Shown here one piece after another: positions 56,888 through 64,000 of a stretch of DNA of 64,000 nucleotides. Under the pieces are notes generated by a model that saw only the letters and a list, made by a program, of their open reading frames with translations, did not search any database and was not told the origin of the DNA. Every line of letters begins with the position of its first letter. The first letter of the stretch is position 1. A program made the translations under genes and the position numbers. The stretch comes from Eledone cirrhosa (taxonomy: Eukaryota), in NCBI GenBank assembly GCA_964016885.1, contig OZ024746.1, forward strand, positions 49,786,001 through 49,850,000. The letters are read 5' to 3'.

Positions 56888-56965
<78 letters not shown>

Positions 56966-57054
56966 GGAAAATTTGAACAGGAACAAAACAGAATGTTTAT
57001 TAATTTCACGAATGTTTATTAATTTCACGAATGTTTATTAATTTCACGCTCTTG

Positions 57055-59680
57055 AGAGTGGGGTGGTGGTGGGGAACGACGTTTAGGGCATAAGCCCTTC
57101 TTCAGGTGAAAAGTGTGTGGGAAGAGAGTTCAAAGGGTGTGTAGGGGAGTGGTGGAGAGACATATAGCGAAAAGGGGTGGGAGGAAACGGTGCGAATGAA
57201 ATTAAAAATAAAAGCATGATCAAAATAAAATTAAAATGGGGTAAAACAGGTGGTGGAAGGGTGTGGGGCGTGTAGGGGTGGTGGCGGCTGGAGTGGGGAG
57301 AGGGAGACGGGGTGTCCAAGCGGGGAGGGCTGAAGGTGGTGTGTGTGTAGGTGTACGTGTGTGTGTGTGTGTGTATGTGAAAGCAAGGGTTGGGGGAAGA
57401 ACGGGGTTGCATGTTCAGGAAGAGGTGTGTGTGGGGTGGGGTGTAGGGTGGAGTGTGTGTGCGTGTGTGGATAGAGAGGGGAGAATCAGGAGGCTGAATG
57501 TGTAAATATGTGGTGGAATGCACGTGTGTGTGGTGTTTAAGCGTGTTGTGGGTGTAGGCGGCGAGTGGCAAAAAACATTTTTTTGGGGTATGTGTTTGGG
57601 TGAGTCGTAAAGGTGATTCCGTAAGATGTGGTGGAAAGGTTGGTAAAATCCTTGGATGGTAGTTGATTCCGCGGTCAAGGTCCACATACGAGTAATCCGT
57701 GAAGAGATTGGTCGGAAGAGGGGAGATGTGGGGGTGCGCGCGCAACAGGAAGTGGTCAAGGCAGTAGGAGTGCTGTGTGTCTGTGTGTGCTGGGAGGTGG
57801 TCAGAGGGCTAGCAGCAGGAGGGTGGAATGGTAAAGGGGCGAGGATGGGTAGGTGTGAAAGTTGGAGTGAGAAGGGGGTGTGTGTGTGTATTAGTAGAGG
57901 TGTTAGTGGGATGAGTGAGTGTTAGAGAAAGGGTGTGATTGGAGCGGGGAGAGAAGGGTGTGGGAGTCGATGGAGGGAGTGTGGTGTACTGGTGTGTCTG
58001 TAGTTTCATGAAGGGGGTGTTAGTGGGTGTTAGTATACGGGAGGTGGAGAAAGGGTTGAATGCGGGTGTGAGTGGGGGTTAGTGGTGTTAGGATGTGTAG
58101 AGTTGGTGGTGTAAGAGGGTGTGTGCGTACGTGTGCGTGGGGTTGGGGGGTGTTAGTGATGTTAGTGGCGTGTATGGTGGGTGGTGTTAGTGGGTGCGTG
58201 TGTTCGTGTGCTTGGGGTCAGGGGGTGTTAGTGATGTTAGTTGCGGGGTGGTGGGGTGGATGTGTGTGGGTGAGGGTTAGTGGTGGTAGTAGGGTGTGTG
58301 TTTAGTGGGAGCGCGTGTATATATGTGCCGGTGGGTGTGTGCGTGTGATAAGGAGGGGGAGGAGAAGAAAGGAGGGATGTTAGTGTGTTAGTTGGGGAAG
58401 AGTGGTCGGATGAGGGGTGGAGTGGAGGTGTTAGTATTGTTAGTTGTGGGGTGGGCGGTGAAAAGGAGGGGTGTGTTAGTGGTGTTAGTGGGGGATACGT
58501 GTGGGGGGAGGGGCCGGTCGAAGGCGAAAGGAATAAGGGTGGGGAGTTCAGGCCGGGGGGAGTGTGGGTCTGTAAGATGAAGATGGTTCCGCCAGGCGAC
58601 GTCCCGTCTGTCCGACGTAAGTCGCGCTGCGCCTCGTGGACAGTACGGGCGCAGGTGAGAGCGGTGTGGACGAGAGAGGAGGGGTAACCTCTGCGGATGA
58701 AATGGCTGACTAGGGAAAGGGCCTGGGACTCGAAGTCAGCATCTCGGCTACAGAGACGGCGGTTCCTGAGGAGTTGGGAGTAGGGAATAGAGTGTTTAGT
58801 GTGTGTGGGGTGGGAAGAGGTGAAGTCGAGGTAAGAGTGGGAGTCGGTGGGTTTGAAGAAGGCGGAGGTGACGAGGGAGTGGTGGGAGGGGTCGAAGGCG
58901 ACGGAGATGTCTAAGAAGTGGACGTGGGTTGTGGAGATAGAGGTGGTGAAGTGGAGGGAAGGGTGGAAGGCAGAAGAAGGAGAGAAAGGAGTCGAGCTGT
59001 TCTCGGGTGAGGGTCGTAGCTCCGATACAGACGTCGATGTAACGACCGTACAGTTCGGGCGTGGGGCCGGTGTACTGGGCAAAGATTTGGGCCTCAACAT
59101 GGCCAACAAAAAGGTTGGCATAGTTCGGGCCCATTCTTGTACCCATGGCTACCCCCGTGACCTGTTGGTAAAACTCACCCGAAAAGGAGAAACAATTGAG
59201 GGTGAGGACCAGCTCGGCGAGGCGAAGGAGGGTGGGGTTGGAGGGAATGGGGGAGGGACGAAGGTCAAGGTAGTGTTTGAGGGCGCGTAGGCCGTCAACG
59301 TGGGGGAAGACGGTATAGAGGGACTTGATGTCTAGGGTGAAGAGGAAGGGCTGTGGGCCGGGTGGGTAGGTGAAGGAGTCGAAAAGGCGCAGGGCGTGGT
59401 TGGTGTCGGAGATGTGGGAGGGGAGGGTGGTGACAAGGGGGGGCGAGGATGGAGTCGAGAAAGGCGGAGATGAGTTCGGTGGGGCAGTTGCAAGCGGAGA
59501 CGATGGGGCGGCCGGGGTTGTCGGGTTTGTGGAGTTTGGGAAGGAAGTAGATGGTGGGGGTGCGGGGGGTGCGGACGATGAGGTGGGAAGCGGTGGGGGG
59601 AAGGAGGGAGGAGGAGACAAGGTGTTGGATGGTGGAGGAAACTTGTTGTTGGTAGAGGGGTGTGGGATCGGAGGGTAGAG

Positions 59681-59683
<3 letters not shown>
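57055..59683 (-). mobile_element. 5'-truncated PLE (second Neptune-like family), RT with internally deleted endonuclease and C-rich 3' UTR
   Basis: PGRPIVSAC, LDIKSLYT, GVAMGTRMGPNYANLFV, RYIDV, KPTDSHSYL, IPYSQLLRNRRLCS, then a jump to EAQR..IFILQT..PPGLN; degenerate HHR CUGAAGA-AGGGC UUAU GCCCU-AAACGUC at ~57078-57112. Confidence 0.88.
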
Positions 59684-59739
<56 letters not shown>

Positions 59740-60274
59740 GATGGACTTCCCCGTCGATAGCCGACGTATGAGTGTCCAACAAAAGTTAAATGTGAGAAAG
59801 TGAACTGATATGGAACTACCCACACAAAGTTTTGTTTTAAGTGGTGAAGGCTTGTGTAGGACCAACCACACTTTTTGGAACTGACGACACATATCTTTGG
59901 TGCAAATGTTTGCCACGGAAAATACAACGACAGCCCTCAGCTTTTTATGTCTCGGAGTTTAATCTCTATGTATATATATATATAATTGAAATAGCATTTC
60001 GCTTCAAGCATAGCTATATACAAGTATGTATAGAAATATATATTCTTCTCCCCATTTTTTCACATATATATATATATATATGTAGATAAATCTACCAAAA
60101 GTTTACGGTATTGTCCAATCCGTATGAAAAACTCAATGTAATCCGGATATCATGAAAAGAAAAGATGCATTCAAAAACTACTTTCGGTGAAAAATAAACG
60201 GAAAACAGAGTCAAGATAAATTATTAAAAAAATAATGAATAAACAAAGAAACAATTCCTTATATTAAAAAAAAT

Positions 60275-60416
60275 TCATCATTTTACGATCGTTTCTAGGA
60301 TATATATGTGTTAGAGTTGGTATGCATATTCTATAGATCTATGTACAATATTTATACAAACTATCAGAGGGAATATACATACCTACACATATATATGCTG
60401 TCTTCAGAAATAATGA
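60275..60416 (-). ncRNA. Type I HHR with 105-nt stem II region
   Basis: UCAUUAUUU-CUGAAGA-[stem II with AUAUAUAUGUGU/ACACAUAUAUAU and GGUAUGUAUAUUC/GAAUAUGCAUACC]-GAAA-CGAUCG-UA/AAAUGAUGA. Confidence 0.75.
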
Positions 60417-61110
60417 TATTTGTTTATTGATAAGAACAAAGATTCAATACAATAGGTCTGTTTGGAAACAGGTTTTGAATTGACCAATCAGGAGATATTG
60501 AGGGTGAAGATAGTATTATAGTAGTAAGAGAACCTTAAATTATGGGTAGAGGAAGGTAGATTTCAGTTTTGGATGGAATCCAAATATTATGAATGAAGGA
60601 TTATTTTAGGGAAGAAATAGGTCATATGCTGACCTCAGAAATAATTTCATTTGTTCATTGAATAAAACCAACAAAGATCTAATATATTCTGTCTGTTTGG
60701 TAAGAGGTTTAGAATTAACCAATAGAAAGTTAATAATTGGCCAAATGGTAAAATAGTAGTAATTGAAGCTTATTTTAGGGGTGAAACTAGATCAGGTGGT
60801 CAGTAAAAGGTATACAAGCAGTTGCTGTTATAAAATAGTAATGCCAATACAAATATCTAAGGTGACCAAAGTTTTAAGATAAGAATGTTAGTGAAAAAAT
60901 ACATCTATGAAAAGAATATAAGATTAATTTAATTGATGGGTATATTAATATTGATAAAATTATACTAATACATATAGATATGATAAATAAGAGTTAGATG
61001 CAGTTGAAAAGTGCTGTTAAAGATGAGAGGGGATTAAAAGAATATAAAAATAATATATATATATATATATATATACCCACATATATATATATACACATAC
61101 ATATACACAT

Positions 61111-61181
<71 letters not shown>

Positions 61182-61280
61182 TACACCCATATACACATAT
61201 ATATACATACATGTACATATATATACACACACACACATACACACATATATATAGATACATATACATACACACATATACAC

Positions 61281-61313
<33 letters not shown>

Positions 61314-61429
61314 TACATACACACATACATACATACACACATATATACACACACATACACACTTATATATGCATATAATTATTGGGGGGGGGGATTACAT
61401 TTATTAGTGGGAAATAATAAATATATATA

Positions 61430-61722
61430 AAAACAAATAACGAAACGAAATTAAATTTCGTTTCGTTTGTAACTCACTTTTGTATGACTGACGCTTAAAC
61501 AATTAAGCTATTCTGTATGTAAACACACAGACAAACCGGTTTTTAGAGTCATACTGGTTTTTGAGGAAACACCTTTCCTCTATTCTCCAGAAAGCCAGAC
61601 AAGGAATATTGAACTAGTTTCGATGTTGTTACATCTCATCAGCAATATTTACCTATCTTCCGGCCTTTCTAGAGAATCGTAACTTAATAAATCGTAACTT
61701 AATAAATCGTAACTTAATAAAT
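61430..61722 (-). mobile_element. Solo retrozyme-like monomer nested in the Naiad-like UTR, distantly related to the 468-bp unit
   Basis: Begins AAACAAATAACGAAACGAAATT..CTCACTTTTGTATG, like the 468 unit; carries an HHR; short TA runs at edges. Confidence 0.65.
61605..61649 (-). ncRNA. Canonical minimal type I HHR
   Basis: AAUAUUG-CUGAUGA-GAUGU AACA ACAUC-GAAA-CUAG-UU/CAAUAUU; closed by AUUCUCUAGAAAGGCCGGA/UCUGGCUUUCUGGAGAAU. Confidence 0.88.
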
Positions 61723-61774
61723 ATATATAGATTTCAAGGAACATAGAGTCATAACCTGAAGTTAAAGCATTATA

Positions 61775-62515
61775 TATGTTAACTTAATGGTATCAGTTTT
61801 AGGAAATGATATTTGTAAGAAGGAAAGCCAAATTATGTAGTTCATTAGTAGTAGAATATTAATTATAGGTTAACTAAATTAAAAATAGTTTATATATTAA
61901 TTTCTAAAGTGTATATTAATTAGGTTTTTAATATTTAAAGCAGAATTATGTAGTTCATCAGTAGTAGAATATTAATTATAGGTTAACTAAATTAAAAATA
62001 ATTATATATGTTTACTTAATGGTATCAGTTTTAGGAAATGATATTTGTAAGAAGGAAAGCCAAATTATGTAGTTCATCAGTAGTAGAATATTAATTATAG
62101 GTTAACTAAATTAAAAACAGTTTATATATTAATTTCTAAAGTGTATATTAATTAGGTTTTTAATATTTAAAGCAGAATTATGTAGTTCATCAGTAGTAGA
62201 ATATTAATTATAGGTTAACTAAATTAAAAATAATTATATATGTTTACTTAATGGTATCAGTTTTAGGAAATGATATTTGTAAGAAGGAAAGCCAAATTAT
62301 GTAGTTCATCAGTAGTAGAATATTAATTATAGATTAACTAAATTAAAAACAGTTTATATATTAATTTCTAAAGTGTATATTAATTAGGTTTATAATATTT
62401 AAAGCAGAATTATGTAATTCATCAGTAGTAGAATATTAATTATAGGTTAACTAAATTAAAAATAATTTATATATTAATTTCTAAAGTGTATATTAATTAG
62501 GTTTATAATATTTAA
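61775..62515. repeat. 232-bp (dimeric) tandem repeat in PLE 3' UTR, including duplicated ORF stop region
   Basis: AGGAAATGAT at 61801, 62033, 62265. Confidence 0.85.
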
Positions 62516-62897
62516 AGGTTTTTCTCAGTTTATGATTACACGATATTATTAATTCCTGTCGCTTATTTAATAGGATATCCTTAGATTTCATTATTTCGAA
62601 AAGTTCTTGGGAACACAATCTACATTCATTTCTACTATTTTGATAAAGGGTGGCCCTTTTGAGCACACTCCAGGTCAGGTCATATTCTATATTCCTCTTT
62701 CTATAACTATTAATTATTTCAGCTAGAGATGTTGTATTAGCTAGTGCGGCATTTTTAAAACTATGTTTGTGGGTATTAAATCTTACCTTAAAATTGTTAG
62801 AGGTAGCTCCTAAATATGAATAAATAGAGTCCTTAGTGTTAACTTTACATTTATATATTATGTTATTAACAAGGCAATTTCCTTTTAATGGACAGTT
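62493..62897 (-). CDS. PLE GIY-YIG endonuclease domain (Naiad-like), 134 codons open, 5'-truncated
   Basis: Hand translation: NCPLKGNCLVNNIIYKC..SYLGATSNNFKVRFNTH..CRLCSQE..LLNKRQELIISCNHK; absent from the ORF track because it has no start codon. Confidence 0.85.
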   Translation of the reverse strand, partial: NCPLKGNCLVNNIIYKCKVNTKDSIYSYLGATSNNFKVRFNTHKHSFKNAALANTTSLAEIINSYRKRNIEYDLTWSVLKRATLYQNSRNECRLCSQELFEIMKSKDILLNKRQELIISCNHKLRKTFKYYKPN

Positions 62898-62985
62898 TAT
62901 ATATATATAGTAACTATATATATATAGTAATAATAATAAATTTGAAGACTAAAATCCAAAGAGGGTTCGATAATCTGTTATTTTA

Positions 62986-63016
<31 letters not shown>

Positions 63017-63018
<2 letters not shown>

Positions 63019-64000
63019 ACTCTGATACTGGTTCAGTCTGGTTCAAACTGAATTGGTCTGTCCCAGTCATTCATTGAGCAACATCGGTGAAGTTGGCACC
63101 CTTAACTCACAGTTGGGTGCGGATGCATTCATGTATATATGTGTGTGTCCGCGTGTATCTGTGTGTTTCTAAATATATTAATAACTCCCTCTGGTCGAGC
63201 AATCTTTGAAGTGTGGGGACAACTGGAAAGCTTCCATTACTCATACTTCTCGCCTTCTTCACTACCTCTTCTGCGGCCTCGATGTGAATACCCCCTCCGC
63301 CTCCGTGGTATTTTCTTCGTGGTTATAAGAGGCTTAGCTCTGTTTCTCGACCGTTGTATCGCGTGACTATCTCCCCCTCCGCCTTTTGGGATTCTTTCTC
63401 ACGTCGTGTAGACGCGTTCTTGAGACTAGTAAAATGAGGTATCCTCTTGATAAGTCGGCAGACCTCGCAAGGACTCTATATCTTTGATATATTGTTTTTG
63501 TTTATGCCACGAAACTACGTAGTCGAGGAATTTAGGAACAGTTTAGGTATGATACATTTTATTACTAATTATATCTAAATGTTTCTTCTCTCTTCATAAT
63601 GTATTTTTAACTCTGATACTGGTTCAGTCTGGTTCAAACTGAATTGGTCTGTCCCAGTCATTCATTGAGCAACATCGGTGAAGTTGGCACCCTTAACTCA
63701 CAGTTGGGTGCGGATGCATTCATGTATATATGTGTGTGTCCGCGTGTATCTGTGTGTTTCTAAATATATTAATAACTCCCTCTGGTCGAGCAATCTTTGA
63801 AGTGTGGGGACAACTGGAAAGCTTCCATTACTCATACTTCTCGCCTTCTTCACTACCTCTTCTGCGGCCTCGATGTGAATACCCCCTCCGCCTCCGTGGT
63901 ATTTTCTTCGTGGTTATAAGAGGCTTAGCTCTGTTTCTCGACCGTTGTATCGCGTGACTATCTCCCCCTCCGCCTTTTGGGATTCTTTCTCACGTCGTGT
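63017..64000 (+). mobile_element. Retrozyme-like tandem array, 591-bp unit (1.66 units visible, runs off the window)
   Basis: 63017 repeats at 63608 with no visible difference; starts at (TA)n; contains an HHR. Confidence 0.88.
63442..63529 (+). ncRNA. Type I HHR, U3:A8 core variant, 57-nt stem II region
   Basis: UCCUC-UUGAUAA-GU(C)GGCA...UGCCAC-GAAA-CUACGUAG-UC/GAGGA; predicted cleavage after 63524. Confidence 0.8.

Larger units (their letters stand above)
60082..62898 (-). mobile_element. 5'-truncated Naiad-like PLE: GIY-YIG, tandemly repeated UTR, HHR; interrupted by an HHR monomer
   Basis: See GIY-YIG ORF and HHR entries; (TA)n both ends; second copy at 19025-22835. Confidence 0.8.

Noticed and set aside
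59870-59920. CTGACGA-CAC...GTG-CAAA as HHR
   Set aside because: G12 missing and stems I/III not convincing
61775-62515. CTGATGA in the 232-bp repeat as HHR or SECIS
   Set aside because: No stem II/GAAA partner, no SECIS helix, and no in-frame TGA in the adjacent ORF
63139-63957. 75-aa ORF in the 591-bp unit
   Set aside because: No domain similarity recognised; starts in a TG repeat

Overview
Eukaryotic, AT-rich, microsatellite-dense window made almost entirely of transposable elements. I can support no host exon, and there is a 200-N scaffold gap at 16534-16733. The tRNA-derived SINE and the repeat landscape resemble an octopod cephalopod genome (inference from memory, not searched). It holds a near full-length L1/Tx1 LINE plus a truncated sister copy, both inside an (ATCT)n microsatellite. 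It also holds at least five Penelope-like element (PLE) families (RT and/or GIY-YIG), RTE/CR1-type fragments, a hAT MITE, a Helitron-like element and many SINEs. Main discovery: a hammerhead-ribozyme (HHR) retroelement system. Three near-homogeneous tandem arrays (310-bp, 468-bp and 591-bp units) each carry one type I HHR per unit, as non-LTR retrozymes do. Several solo HHR monomers and PLE 3'-end HHRs lie nearby. Almost all of these sit in (TA)n tracts, and many share a head-to-head inverted architecture (RNA 3' ends facing outward) with the neighbouring PLEs. This suggests PLE reverse transcriptase copies ribozyme-processed circular RNAs into TA repeats. The HHRs show unusual variants: U3:A8 cores, U.U or C.A at 10.1/11.1, and stem II regions of about 57-116 nt. 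All ribozyme calls come from reading the sequence by eye and need folding or cleavage tests.
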